Program-made: the position numbers and the translations under genes | Notes under the pieces: generated by a model | Told to the model about the DNA's origin: nothing | Databases searched by the model: none | The model's input: the letters and a program-made list of their open reading frames with translations, nothing else | Shown here: positions 42,036-52,831 of the stretch, piece by piece | How the letters are laid out: each line of letters starts with the position of its first letter | How positions within the stretch are numbered: position 1 is the first letter of the stretch | From: Leptolyngbyaceae cyanobacterium | GTDB taxonomy: Bacteria > Cyanobacteriota > Cyanobacteriia > Phormidesmidales > Phormidesmidaceae | Reading direction: 5' to 3' | DNA length: 64,000 bases | NCBI GenBank assembly: GCA_965263355.1 | Contig: CBDHHL010000032.1 | Coordinates: 3,104,001-3,168,000, forward strand

Positions 42036-43331
42036 GTGAAAATTGCCGCCTACCTCTACACTGACCCGCGCTTAGATCCACCAGTCGATGGCAGCCTGTG
42101 GGGCTGGGAAATTGATCGAGTCTACAAAGACACCCCCCTTACAGAGCACCGTCCTCAGCTACAGGAATTGCTCTCTCAGGTACAAACCCAAGCGCCTGAT
42201 TATCTATTGGTACGGCAGTTAGACGAACTGGGGGACTCTTTAGGGTCAGTAGCTCAAACTCTAGCTACCTTAGAAATAGCAGGAACGGTGGTGATCGCAA
42301 CAGAACAGGACTACCAAACTCCAACCAATGGAGAGGCTCATCCGCAACTACCCGTGATCCTGGCAGAGGTACAAGCCGCCCAGCGTCAACGTCGAATTCG
42401 TCAAGGGCATGCAGCCAACCGTCTGAAAGCACTCCCCCCACCGGGCAAGCCGCCCTATGGTTATCGCCGTGGTAAGCAGGGCTATGTGATTGATCGAACG
42501 ACAGCGCCCGTACTCAAGGCATTTTTCGAACAGTTTTTGTTGTACGGTTCCCTCAGAGGGGCTGTACGTTATATCGCCAAGCAATATGGCAAAAAGGTAT
42601 CTGTTTCCACTGGGCGACGCTGGCTAGAACATCCTATTTATAGGGGCCATACCCGCTATGGCGATGGTGGCATGATCCTAAACACCCATCGCCCCCTCTT
42701 AGAAGCAACCGAAGCCGCCCAGATTGATCGCTTGCTAAGCCGTAACAGCGTCTTACCTGCTAAGACTGCTAGTGCCCCCCGCTCTTTAGCTGGCTTAGTC
42801 ACCTGTCAACAGTGTCAGACCAAACTGACTGTCAGCCAGGTGAGTGCCCCCCGGCGAGCCAAGGACTATACGTATATGCGAGTTCACAGCTGCCCAGCAA
42901 AGTGTAAAGCCCTACCCTATCAGGCGTTGCTTACCCAAACTATTGAGGCTATCTGCACTGAACTGCCCCAGGCCGTAGAGCAGATAGCGTTGCCAGAGCA
43001 TAATCCTAAGGAGGCGCTAGTAGATGCGATCTCAGCCAAGCAAGCCATCTTGGATCAGCTCCCCCAACTGGTCACCACAGGCATATTGGACCAAGTCACA
43101 GCTGACCTACGGACCTATGGCATCCAAACTGAAATTGCTCAGCTTAACCAGCAACTCGCTCAGCTTCCCCCAGTCAATCTAAAAGAGCTGGCCCAGGCCG
43201 TCAGCATTCCTCAATTTTGGGAAGATTTGTCAGAACCAGAACGCCGTTTTTTCTTTAGGGAATTTATCCGCGATATCCAGGTTATTCGTAGCAACAACAG
43301 CTGGACCCTAAAATTAACATTTACGTTTTAA
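42036..43331 (+). CDS. Large serine recombinase-family protein with a non-canonical catalytic N-terminus
   Basis: Resolvase-like N-terminal domain (RPQL..L, LDELGDS), PPYGY recombinase domain (Y.GH), LAGLVTCQQC zinc ribbon and a coiled coil. Confidence 0.85.
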   Translation: MKIAAYLYTDPRLDPPVDGSLWGWEIDRVYKDTPLTEHRPQLQELLSQVQTQAPDYLLVRQLDELGDSLGSVAQTLATLEIAGTVVIATEQDYQTPTNGEAHPQLPVILAEVQAAQRQRRIRQGHAANRLKALPPPGKPPYGYRRGKQGYVIDRTTAPVLKAFFEQFLLYGSLRGAVRYIAKQYGKKVSVSTGRRWLEHPIYRGHTRYGDGGMILNTHRPLLEATEAAQIDRLLSRNSVLPAKTASAPRSLAGLVTCQQCQTKLTVSQVSAPRRAKDYTYMRVHSCPAKCKALPYQALLTQTIEAICTELPQAVEQIALPEHNPKEALVDAISAKQAILDQLPQLVTTGILDQVTADLRTYGIQTEIAQLNQQLAQLPPVNLKELAQAVSIPQFWEDLSEPERRFFFREFIRDIQVIRSNNSWTLKLTFTF

Positions 43332-43731
43332 CAAACATCACTTTTCTACCCCAGACAGGGCTTTGACGTGAGCAGTCAGATAAATACTCAGAACACTCTG
43401 CCCAACACCCATGATCCATTGGCCACTGCATCCCATCATCTGAGACTTTTGTGTACAAGTATCTGCCCCATCAACAGCAATTTGGCCGTTTCTCATTAAG
43501 ACCCGTAGCCTTAACCCATCGAAGTTCTCCGTAGGATCAACTAGAGACATTCAACAACTTCCTCTCTTTTTACTAGGAATCACACAAAAGCCTCCTGAAA
43601 ATCCATGGGAGAAACAAACTCTTCAAAAAAATATGCGTATTAATCAGCATCTCAACAATCTTTTCAGGCATTAAAGTTAACTTACAAGGGTGAAAAACAC
43701 GGACACGCTTCAGCAATCAACAGAAATCAAA

Positions 43732-44700
43732 ATGAACCAGTCAAACATTCGCGCTGCCATTAGTCTCGCTGCTATGATTAGTGCCATAGGGACAGCCCCA
43801 AGTTATGCATTCACCCTAACTGGAACATCTGCGAGATTCGACAACACCCAGCTACAAGACGGCACTACTGTGGGTCGTGCCGCTAGCAACAGTGAGTTTG
43901 CCAACTACGAACAGGCTGCTTTTAACAATAATTCTGACAATTATGTCGAGTTTTTTGACTACAATGGAGTTAATCAGGTGCGCTGGGGCGATCCTACCTA
44001 TGACTACTACAGCTACTCCAAAACTCAAGAAGCTGGCCATAGAAAAATCTTAGATTACGGCTCCTATCGCACCAGCAGGGGCTACCAATACTATGGTTAC
44101 CATTATGATCGGACTGCTCAGAAAAGTGGCCTTGGCTTTGCTGGTGTCAGTAACCTTAGCATTGATACTAACGAAATTTTTAATCTTGGCACCCTAAAAC
44201 ATTACAACAACACCATTTGGTCAGATAACCGTATTGCCAACAAGACTGACTTCAGCCTGAAACTCAATTTTGGTGATATTGACATAGGAGAACAAACGTT
44301 TGACTTCTCTCTCAATGTTGACGAGACCAGCAACACCCCTAGTAATCACTCAGGGGGTATATGCCCCTATGAAACAACTGGCTATGGTTGCTCTGACAAA
44401 ATCACCTGGGATTTTGCCATTGACGCTAAAAATGCCTTTGAGCATGAGGGTGAGCGCTATACGCTTGAACTTGTGGGCTTTAATGAAACCCCCGTGTTTG
44501 ACACGAGTGCAGTCAAAGATTTTATCTCTCAAGAGAATGGCACTAGTCAGGCTCACTTATTGGCTCGCATTGTTAAGGTAGAGGATGAAACCGAAGATCC
44601 TACTCAGGTACCTGAATCTGGTGCCCTAGCAGGGCTGGGAACCCTGGGCCTACTCTTGAGCCAAGCCAAGCGTCAGCAAAAAGAAACTATCACTGCTTAA
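43732..44700 (+). CDS. Secreted PEP-CTERM-like protein (choice-of-anchor K-like domain)
   Basis: Signal peptide, VRWG.P, SGLGFAG, FNLGTLKHYN and ET.N, ending VPES + hydrophobic + basic tail. Confidence 0.82.
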   Translation: MNQSNIRAAISLAAMISAIGTAPSYAFTLTGTSARFDNTQLQDGTTVGRAASNSEFANYEQAAFNNNSDNYVEFFDYNGVNQVRWGDPTYDYYSYSKTQEAGHRKILDYGSYRTSRGYQYYGYHYDRTAQKSGLGFAGVSNLSIDTNEIFNLGTLKHYNNTIWSDNRIANKTDFSLKLNFGDIDIGEQTFDFSLNVDETSNTPSNHSGGICPYETTGYGCSDKITWDFAIDAKNAFEHEGERYTLELVGFNETPVFDTSAVKDFISQENGTSQAHLLARIVKVEDETEDPTQVPESGALAGLGTLGLLLSQAKRQQKETITA

Positions 44701-44790
44701 ACCTCTATTCAGCTTAAACCTCTATTCAGTAGATGAGCACAATTAATTTAAAGATCAAAGTTCTTGTGTAATTTATTGTGCTTATCTACT
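44695..44790 (+). repeat. 17-bp tandem duplication over the stop codon, followed by a long hairpin
   Basis: gcttaaacctctattca twice (44695-44728). Stem agtagatgagcacaat ... attgtgcttatctact (44728-44790). Confidence 0.85.
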
Positions 44791-45097
44791 TATATCCCAA
44801 GTCAACATTTGTCATTGCTCAAAAATCATCCAACCATTGTGATAGTGAACCAGATTAGAGCATAAATCTATCACCCACCCATTTCTCTGAAACAGATCAA
44901 ACCGCTTAGGACTTGAGAGATAGTGATCCGTCAAGCCTAGATTTAGGATGAGGCTAGTAAAGAGTGACTCTTCATCGATACAGAATCCTAATTTTTAGCG
45001 TTGACACTGCACTAGTTAATCTCTCAAGTCTTTAACTATTGATCATGATTGCCGCTACCATTTGGAGAATAAGACAACCGGCAAAAGACGAATAACC

Positions 45098-46198
45098 ATG
45101 GCAACTGTGCGGTTTGAGCAAGTTACAAAGCAGTATGAAAATGGCTATGTTGCAGTGAAGGACTTAAATCTAGAAATCTATGATCGCGAATTCCTCGTTC
45201 TAGTCGGTCCCTCAGGCTGTGGCAAAACCACCTCCCTACGAATGCTGGCTGGGTTAGAACGTATCAGTAATGGCAACCTATACATTGACGAACGCCGGGT
45301 CAATGACTTACCGCCTAAGGATCGTGACATCGCTATGGTGTTCCAGTCCTATGCCTTATATCCCCACATGAGCGTTTTTGACAATATGGCATTTAGCCTT
45401 GAACTACAAGGAGTCTCTAAGGCCGATATTCAACAGCGAGTCCAGCAGGCGGCCCAGCAACTTGGTATTGCCCCCCTACTGGATCGTAAACCCAAACAAC
45501 TCTCCGGCGGGCAGCGTCAGCGTGTGGCCGTGGGACGCGCCATTGTGCGTAACCCTGCCGTATTTTTAATGGACGAACCCCTGTCAAACTTGGATGCAAA
45601 GTTACGGGTACAAGCCAGAACTGAATTAAATAAACTCCATAAACGATTGGGTACCACATTTATTTATGTCACCCATGACCAAGTAGAAGCCATGACCATG
45701 GGAAATCGTATTGCTATTATGAACCAGGGTATTTTGCAACAGGTTGATACCCCTCAAACAATTTATGAAAAGCCAAGCAACATTTTTGTAGCAGGCTTTT
45801 TAGGCAGTCCATCTATGAATTTTTTAAGTGCTACGATAAGACGCCATCACAACCAACTGTTAGCAAAAACCGACAGCTTTAGCCTACCAATCTCTGGCCA
45901 GAGCAACCGGGTTAGCAGCTATATTGACCGAGTGGTCATCCTAGGGATTCGGCCCGAAAGCCTTTATCACCCTCACTATCTACCTCCTGGTATTAGTCCC
46001 ATAGATATTCAGGCTAAAGTCTCTGTGGTGGAACGCATGGGCCACGAACTGATTGTATATGTAGTATTAACAGATGGGAGCGAGCTATTGTCCCGTCTTG
46101 ATCCCAGGGCCATCCTCGTACCCGGAGAACCCATTACCCTACAGTTAGATAGTCAGCATATTCATTTATTTGACGCTGAAACAGAGCAAACAATTTAG
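45098..46198 (+). CDS. Sugar ABC transporter ATP-binding subunit (MalK/UgpC family)
   Basis: GPSGCGKT, VFQSYALYPHM, LSGGQRQR, MDEPLSNLDAKLR and YVTHDQ, with a TOBE-like C-terminus. No permease genes adjacent. Confidence 0.95.
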   Translation: MATVRFEQVTKQYENGYVAVKDLNLEIYDREFLVLVGPSGCGKTTSLRMLAGLERISNGNLYIDERRVNDLPPKDRDIAMVFQSYALYPHMSVFDNMAFSLELQGVSKADIQQRVQQAAQQLGIAPLLDRKPKQLSGGQRQRVAVGRAIVRNPAVFLMDEPLSNLDAKLRVQARTELNKLHKRLGTTFIYVTHDQVEAMTMGNRIAIMNQGILQQVDTPQTIYEKPSNIFVAGFLGSPSMNFLSATIRRHHNQLLAKTDSFSLPISGQSNRVSSYIDRVVILGIRPESLYHPHYLPPGISPIDIQAKVSVVERMGHELIVYVVLTDGSELLSRLDPRAILVPGEPITLQLDSQHIHLFDAETEQTI

Positions 46199-46456
46199 CT
46201 AACCTGTAACTAATGGTAACCAGAATTTTTGACAACCGTAATTTATTGCGACTTTCGAGTATCGATTAGTAAGCAAATTGTGTACTTTATTGCAACTTTT
46301 TTTGCGTGAGAACACTAGGATATAAAGTTATGAACTACTCAGTTAAGTAATTTGACCGATTATAATAAAGAGTCCATTAACTTAAGTGGCCAATTTAGTT
46401 CTAAGATGTGAATATTAAGCAAGGTTAATATCCGTGTAATCAGCCGCCATCTACCC

Positions 46457-47473
46457 ATGTCCCCTGACGGTCTTTCGATTGGCTATTCTCAAGCGCCCCT
46501 AACTGCAAGGCAAGATGCTATCAAGCAAGCGATTGAGAATTTGATGCAGCACTCCCAGCATCTACGAATTAAGAAGCTTTTGTTTAGCGTTTGTTACGGG
46601 ACGTGGGAAAACGAAGTTGCTGCATTGAACAGTATCTCAATGCGGTCCTTAATAACTATTCTCTTAGGGCGCTATTCTACGCTTCATCAGTGTCGCGATA
46701 GTCTTTACCTTAAAGCAAATAGCCTTAACCGGAAGAAGGTATATGTCGCGATCGCAAACGTGATTTTATATTACTTGCAAAGCGTTTTTCTCCCACAAGC
46801 TAAACTCTCACCCTCTACCGACCAACAGGCAGCTAACCTATCGGCATCGGTGCAGTCACGGTCAAAGGCAGAACTGTATCAGCCAGTTATTAACGAACTG
46901 TCTAAATTAGACAATTTAGAGGTTATCAAAGCCTTTCTAGGATACTTGGGTCACGCTCCTGGCAAAATTGCTGATACTGCCAGCACCGATTTGCTTAGCC
47001 TGGTGCAGCTGGCTCATCGGCAAGCTCCCACTCCCCTTGAGCTGAAGCAAAATTTGCGGAGTATACTCAAGCATCAATCTTCGCTAGCTAACTCACAAAC
47101 CATAGCACGTCAAATTTTAAGGGCCTTTCGGTCTCTTTATGTCACCCGCTCTAAGCCAGTGGCCACTACTCCTGACAGTCTGACTCTTTTGGAGCAGGAG
47201 CTGACTCAAAAATGTGACGTGGATCAAGTTAGGGTGCTGCTATATTCCATTCTTTATGGTCCCTATGCCGATAGCCCCCTACAGCGGCAAATCCTGCAGA
47301 CCAAGACACTCCGCGACCTACTGCAGGAGACCTTTGACTACTGCACCAGCTACGGTGATTTTGAAAGCAAGTTAACCATTCTGGCCCATTGCTTGGAAAA
47401 CTCAGATGGTCTTAATCGTGCCCTTAAAGTCATGCTAGTGTCACTCTACCGTTACTATGCCAGGGATAAGTAG
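46457..47473 (+). CDS. Hypothetical cyanobacterial protein with repeated helical modules
   Basis: 338-aa ORF with an RIKKLLF..C...WEN motif and similar downstream segments. Confidence 0.7.
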   Translation: MSPDGLSIGYSQAPLTARQDAIKQAIENLMQHSQHLRIKKLLFSVCYGTWENEVAALNSISMRSLITILLGRYSTLHQCRDSLYLKANSLNRKKVYVAIANVILYYLQSVFLPQAKLSPSTDQQAANLSASVQSRSKAELYQPVINELSKLDNLEVIKAFLGYLGHAPGKIADTASTDLLSLVQLAHRQAPTPLELKQNLRSILKHQSSLANSQTIARQILRAFRSLYVTRSKPVATTPDSLTLLEQELTQKCDVDQVRVLLYSILYGPYADSPLQRQILQTKTLRDLLQETFDYCTSYGDFESKLTILAHCLENSDGLNRALKVMLVSLYRYYARDK

Positions 47474-47497
47474 CTCTCTGGCTAAGCTCAGTTAGTC

Positions 47498-49510
47498 TCA
47501 GTCAGCAGCGGCGCGTTTGCCTAGTAGTTTTTCGCGTAGGTGCTTGATGCGATCGCGAAACTTAGCTGCCTCCTCAAAGTCCAGCTCCTTCGCCGCTGCT
47601 TTCATTTGCTTTTCTAGTTGACCAATCAGCTCAGGAATATCCTCAAGGGCTAAATCGTCACTATGCTCATAAACTTCTTCTAATTCCTGGGCATTGAGGC
47701 GACGCGATACCTCCAAAAACGAGAGAATAGCGTTACTCTTACGGCGCGTAATCGGTGTGGGAATAATCCCATGTTTCTCGTTATGCGCTTTTTGAATAGC
47801 CCGTCTGCGTTCAGTTTCATCAATCGCCTTGGCCATACTATCGGTCAAGTTATCAGCATAGAGAATCGCCTGACCTTGCACATGGCGAGCAGCACGACCA
47901 ATGGTCTGAATTAGAGAACGCTCAGCCCTTAGGAAACCTTCCTTATCCGCATCTAAAATCGCGACTAGGGACACTTCAGGTAAGTCCAAACCTTCCCTCA
48001 GTAAGTTCACACCTACCAAAACATCAAAATTACCATTGCGTAAATCTTGAATAATCTCAATCCGCTCAATGGAGTGAATCTCAGAATGTAAGTAACGGAC
48101 TCTCACCCCATGTTCTTCAAAGTACTCAGTGAGATCTTCTGCCATCCGTTTTGTTAGCGTTGTTACTAAGGTTCGCTCATTACGCTCCACACGCTTATTA
48201 ATCTCACCCAGAAGATCGTCTACCTGCCCTGTAGTAGGCCGGACGAAAATCTCGGGATCTAATACCCCAGTTGGACGAATGATCTGCTCAACCACCCGTT
48301 GTTCAGAGATTTCCAACTCCCATTCCCCTGGTGTAGCTGACACAAAAATGCAGTTTTTCACCTTTTGCCAAAACTCTTCTGCCTTGAGGGGACGATTGTC
48401 AGCGGCACTAGGCAAACGAAACCCATGGTCGATTAAAACTCTCTTGCGGGCCTGATCCCCGTTATACATTCCCCGTAGCTGAGGAATTGTGACATGGGAC
48501 TCATCAATCACCAGTAACCAATCCTCAGGAAAATAATCCAACAGGCATTCAGGGGGAGCACCAGCCTGACGTCCGGCCAAATGGCGGGAATAGTTTTCAA
48601 CGCCATTGCAATAGCCCACTTCCCGTAGCATTTCCAGATCATATTTAGTGCGCTGTTCCAGGCGCTGGGCCTCTAATAATTTACCGTCCTTTTCCAGCAG
48701 CTCTAACTGATCCCGCAGTTCTGTTTGAATGCCATTGCAGGCCGCTTCTAGCTTATCGTCAGGGGTGACAAAGTGACGCGCAGGGTAAATATTGAGCGCG
48801 TCCATACTTTGCAGGGTTGCCCCCGTGACCGGATCCACATAGCGAATGGCATCGATCTCATCTCCAAAAAACTCCACCCGGATGATGCGATCCTCGTAGG
48901 CGGGACCAATCTCCAAAACATCCCCTTTGACTCGAAATCGTCCTCGCCCCAAATCCAGGTCGTTACGCGTATATTGCACAGACGCTAAATCTCGCAGCAC
49001 CTGCCGCTGATTCAGTTCCATCCCTACCCGCAGTGGAATCGATGCTTTGAGATATTCTGTCGGAATACCCAAACCATAAATACAGCTAATGGAAGCGACT
49101 ACAATGACATCTCGCCGTTCAAACAGGGATCGGGTAGCTGAGTGGCGCAGCATGTCGATTTCTTCATTAATCGAGGCCGTCTTCGCAATGTAGGTATCGG
49201 TAACTGGAATATACGCTTCTGGCTGATAGTAATCGTAATAACTGATGAAATATTCGACGGCGTTATTCGGGAAAAACTCCCGCAACTCATTGCATAGCTG
49301 AGCCGCCAGGGTTTTATTGTGAGCCAGTACCAGGGTGGGCCGCTCAACTTTATCAATCACCCGTGCCACCGTATGGGTTTTACCGGTTCCTGTGGCTCCT
49401 AATAGCGTTTGGTATTGCCCTCCAGCCTCTAAGTGGCGAAGTAAACCAGCAATCGCTTTGGGTTGATCACCCTTGGGCTCAAAGGGGGCTTGAATATCAA
49501 AGTCGGTCAT
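47498..49510 (-). CDS. uvrB: Excinuclease ABC subunit B
   Basis: [32 protein letters not shown] and QTIGRAAR, plus a C-terminal UVR domain. Confidence 0.99.
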   Translation of the reverse strand: MTDFDIQAPFEPKGDQPKAIAGLLRHLEAGGQYQTLLGATGTGKTHTVARVIDKVERPTLVLAHNKTLAAQLCNELREFFPNNAVEYFISYYDYYQPEAYIPVTDTYIAKTASINEEIDMLRHSATRSLFERRDVIVVASISCIYGLGIPTEYLKASIPLRVGMELNQRQVLRDLASVQYTRNDLDLGRGRFRVKGDVLEIGPAYEDRIIRVEFFGDEIDAIRYVDPVTGATLQSMDALNIYPARHFVTPDDKLEAACNGIQTELRDQLELLEKDGKLLEAQRLEQRTKYDLEMLREVGYCNGVENYSRHLAGRQAGAPPECLLDYFPEDWLLVIDESHVTIPQLRGMYNGDQARKRVLIDHGFRLPSAADNRPLKAEEFWQKVKNCIFVSATPGEWELEISEQRVVEQIIRPTGVLDPEIFVRPTTGQVDDLLGEINKRVERNERTLVTTLTKRMAEDLTEYFEEHGVRVRYLHSEIHSIERIEIIQDLRNGNFDVLVGVNLLREGLDLPEVSLVAILDADKEGFLRAERSLIQTIGRAARHVQGQAILYADNLTDSMAKAIDETERRRAIQKAHNEKHGIIPTPITRRKSNAILSFLEVSRRLNAQELEEVYEHSDDLALEDIPELIGQLEKQMKAAAKELDFEEAAKFRDRIKHLREKLLGKRAAAD

Positions 49511-49772
49511 GGGTGGCAGCAGCTAGCAGGGGCATACTTGACGTAGGACAGTCGCACTCGTGCGGACCTTTACGATCTTAGAAGTAATGTCTAAAATTCG
49601 CACGGCTGTTTCTTATGGGGGGATAGTCTCAAAGAGCTACACCATGACACTTCGACAGGTGGAAGCCATGGGTAATCGCTATCTGTCAAAATCGCTACCC
49701 TTTAGAGAGTAGGGAAACGACTGCCGTTGTTCCAGACATATCAACTTGATGGCTCATCATAAAGGGGAATCT

Positions 49773-51398
49773 ATGAAAATCTGGCCTTGGGGATTTATCG
49801 GACTGACGCTTACAATCTTTGCCTGTGGCTCTAGCCAACCAGCTAGCCCAAATACCACACCCACCAACAAAGAGCTGGTCAACGCCTCAGCACAACTAAC
49901 AGAAGCAACGCCCCCCTCTGCCTCCTCTGCCTGTGCCCCCATGGCCACTCAAGTCCCCCTACAGCCAGCGAATGATACAGAACTGCCCTTTGAACGTTTG
50001 AATTTTCGGCCCACTGACGTAGACGCTACGGATACCACCCTCACGTTTAGGAGCAAACGGTATGAATTTACCTTTTGTAAGGGCGATCGCACCTGGGGCA
50101 TAAACTCGTTAGAAGCCTCCCCACCAGAGGAAGAAGACTACGCAGAATACTTTGACTCGCTGGGTAATCCAGACTACGAGGCCATTCCCCATGAAGGCCA
50201 GACCTATCAGGCCAGAGTTCGGCTTGAGGCATCCTGGCTAGGCGGCGAACAAGCGCCTAATGATCTTGAGCGAGTGATTTTTGAACTGCTCAAACCTGGC
50301 GATAGCGAGCCTCTCTCAAAGGTGCTTTATACCAATAAAGACATTATCGAGCGTAACCTGGGTGCATCTGCAGGCATCCCAACCGTCACCCAGGCGCTTG
50401 CCGCTGACAATACGCTATGGCTATCCATTGGCTTTGAGCAAGGTGAGGGCGCTAGTGGTATTACTACCATTGTCCAGTATCAAATTGACACGGACGAGAT
50501 CGCCGTCTGGCAACCGACCCAACTGGGCAATACCCAAATTAACGATCTGGCCGTAACCGCAACAGACGAAGGGACCACAGTCTGGCTCGGCACCCAATAT
50601 TCGGGGGAAGGGAATCCCTATCTTCCCGCCCAAGGATTAGTAGCCTACCGTCCAACAGACAATCACATCGAGAACTACACCGTTGAGAATAGTCCGCTTA
50701 TCGGGGCAATTCCAACGCGACTGTGGGTTGACGGCGAGAACCTATGGGCCGCAACAGCCAACGGCGTCTGTGAAGTGAACTGGGCCAATATAAATGTGAA
50801 CGATAGTTGGGCATGCTGGCAATTTACAATCATGGCCGATATACCGACCAACCAAAACTTATATCCCAGTCTGCTGTCTGACACCCCAATTGAGCAGCTA
50901 AATAGTTCCGAAACAATGGAATTGCTATGGTTAGCAGATACCGACATTAGTACACCAGGATCGACAGTCAGATACGAAATTAACTATCAAACGGGTCTTA
51001 CCGCTCAACTTAATCAAGGAGCCGACTATTACATTGGTCCCGAGGAAAACCCAGACGATGGCTATTTTTGGTGGCCCGGTCAAGACTGGAGCTGGAATGG
51101 TGAACGATTTGTCCGCCCTTTGGACCAGGTGGCCGTCAATTACGTGGGTGGTGGTCCTCAAGGCATTGGTCCCGATCACTATGCAAATTATGTAGCTGAC
51201 TGGCAAACAATGCGCGGTGAGTTTGAGTTGTTATCCCTCACCCCTGACACCACAGAGATTAAATACTACTCTGCCTGGATCGATGGGGCAGGCATTGACC
51301 CTTGGGTCACCCTTACTAAAGCCACAAATGCCTCCCTTGATGCAGTCAACCCGACTGATGACATGCTGACACACTTAAAACAAGCCGCAAAGAACTAA
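49773..51398 (+). CDS. Hypothetical lipoprotein (possible beta-propeller)
   Basis: Lipobox IFAC; repeated LW/VW...G strands. Confidence 0.7.
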   Translation: MKIWPWGFIGLTLTIFACGSSQPASPNTTPTNKELVNASAQLTEATPPSASSACAPMATQVPLQPANDTELPFERLNFRPTDVDATDTTLTFRSKRYEFTFCKGDRTWGINSLEASPPEEEDYAEYFDSLGNPDYEAIPHEGQTYQARVRLEASWLGGEQAPNDLERVIFELLKPGDSEPLSKVLYTNKDIIERNLGASAGIPTVTQALAADNTLWLSIGFEQGEGASGITTIVQYQIDTDEIAVWQPTQLGNTQINDLAVTATDEGTTVWLGTQYSGEGNPYLPAQGLVAYRPTDNHIENYTVENSPLIGAIPTRLWVDGENLWAATANGVCEVNWANINVNDSWACWQFTIMADIPTNQNLYPSLLSDTPIEQLNSSETMELLWLADTDISTPGSTVRYEINYQTGLTAQLNQGADYYIGPEENPDDGYFWWPGQDWSWNGERFVRPLDQVAVNYVGGGPQGIGPDHYANYVADWQTMRGEFELLSLTPDTTEIKYYSAWIDGAGIDPWVTLTKATNASLDAVNPTDDMLTHLKQAAKN

Positions 51399-51879
51399 GG
51401 ACATTGTCAGGCAAGCACCTACCTGTTGTTACCCAGGCCTTCTATTTAGCAAGTATATCTGTTGAGCGTTGCTTAAAACTCATCATTGCCATGTGATATT
51501 TGCATCGACACAGAAATCTCGGAGACACCTATGTTTTATCATTAGCAACAACATCCAACAGATGCTTCTACCATGTCAGGACTGTTGTCTTGGCATGCTC
51601 CATTAGCTTACTCTAATGCCAAGGCAGTTTAATCACCTTTGGGAGTAAATTATATTTTTTTCTCTCACAGGATCTGTGGCCAGCTTTTGCACACACAAAA
51701 CAGTTTCAGCAACACTTCACAGACGTATGCCATGTCATTAGACAAACAAAACGAACAAATATCAGAAGTTCTGAAATCTGTTAGGCTCAGAGCCTGCATC
51801 AACTCGTTTATGAGGCTCAAACCCATGCCAGGTTGAAAAACCCTGGACAGGAAGCTACCTTACCAGGGCAAAATGTACG

Positions 51880-52704
51880 CTAAGAAAGCTCAGAAAATAG
51901 CTGGGACCAAGCGATCTCAGCTGGTCGCTCCCCCTGATTAATAATTTCAAAGGTTTTATGCTCAGTGGCGCTATCCGCTAAACATTCCACACAGGCAGCG
52001 GCAACATCTTTACGGCTAGTCTGTCCTAATAATTGATCGCCACACCCCAGAACCACGCCCTGTTTACCCTCCGTTGATGCTTTGATCAAGGTATTGAGAT
52101 CGTAGGAGGTGTAGGGACCATCGATCAAACGGCCTGGACGGACGATGGTGTAGTTCAAGCCTGACCCATGCAACGCATTTTCAGCGGTTGCTTTAGCATC
52201 CAATACACCATAGGCATTCAGCAAGTTAAAGGGAAATTGATCTTTGCGTTCCACGCCAAGGGAAGACACCAACACAAAGCGTCGTATTGAGGTATTACGA
52301 GCAACATTAATGAGATTGTTTACCCCCTGCCCATCGGCCATGGCTGGAGAGTTTTTTGCAGTTTGCTGACGATAGTCGGCATCTAAGAAAATCCGTCCCC
52401 AGGTAAATACCTGATCTAACGGCTGGGCAGGTAAGTCCACCTGCCATTTATCCGATGGAAACGCGGTGGTACCACTACAGCAGAGTATGGCATCTACACC
52501 GTCAAGGACTGTTGTCAAGGTATCTGGTAACCTCAAATCCGCCTCTTGTAGCTCCACTCGAGGATCATCAAATAATGGCTGCGCTTTGGTGACGTTACGC
52601 GTTAATGCTCGCACGCTATAGCCCTGCTTCAGAGCATAAGCTACGGCTAGCTGCCCCACCCCCCCGGTGGCACCAGTGATTAAAACCCGCTGAATAGTAG
52701 ACAC
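51880..52704 (-). CDS. Atypical SDR, NAD(P)-binding (Tic62-like)
   Basis: TGATGGVG, GTTAFPS..W, LVSSLG, YTIVRPGRL.DGPYTSYDLN and SR.DVA. Confidence 0.9.
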   Translation of the reverse strand: MSTIQRVLITGATGGVGQLAVAYALKQGYSVRALTRNVTKAQPLFDDPRVELQEADLRLPDTLTTVLDGVDAILCCSGTTAFPSDKWQVDLPAQPLDQVFTWGRIFLDADYRQQTAKNSPAMADGQGVNNLINVARNTSIRRFVLVSSLGVERKDQFPFNLLNAYGVLDAKATAENALHGSGLNYTIVRPGRLIDGPYTSYDLNTLIKASTEGKQGVVLGCGDQLLGQTSRKDVAAACVECLADSATEHKTFEIINQGERPAEIAWSQLFSELS

Positions 52705-52831
52705 TGAGATCGCATTACCTCTTTATCCCTCAGTTAACCTTAAACCAAACCCACCGCTCCAGCATTCCCATTGAGGTGGCTAGCCCCCAGATAGCCGATT
52801 AAAATTAAAGACCATTGCCATTGCCTAAACC

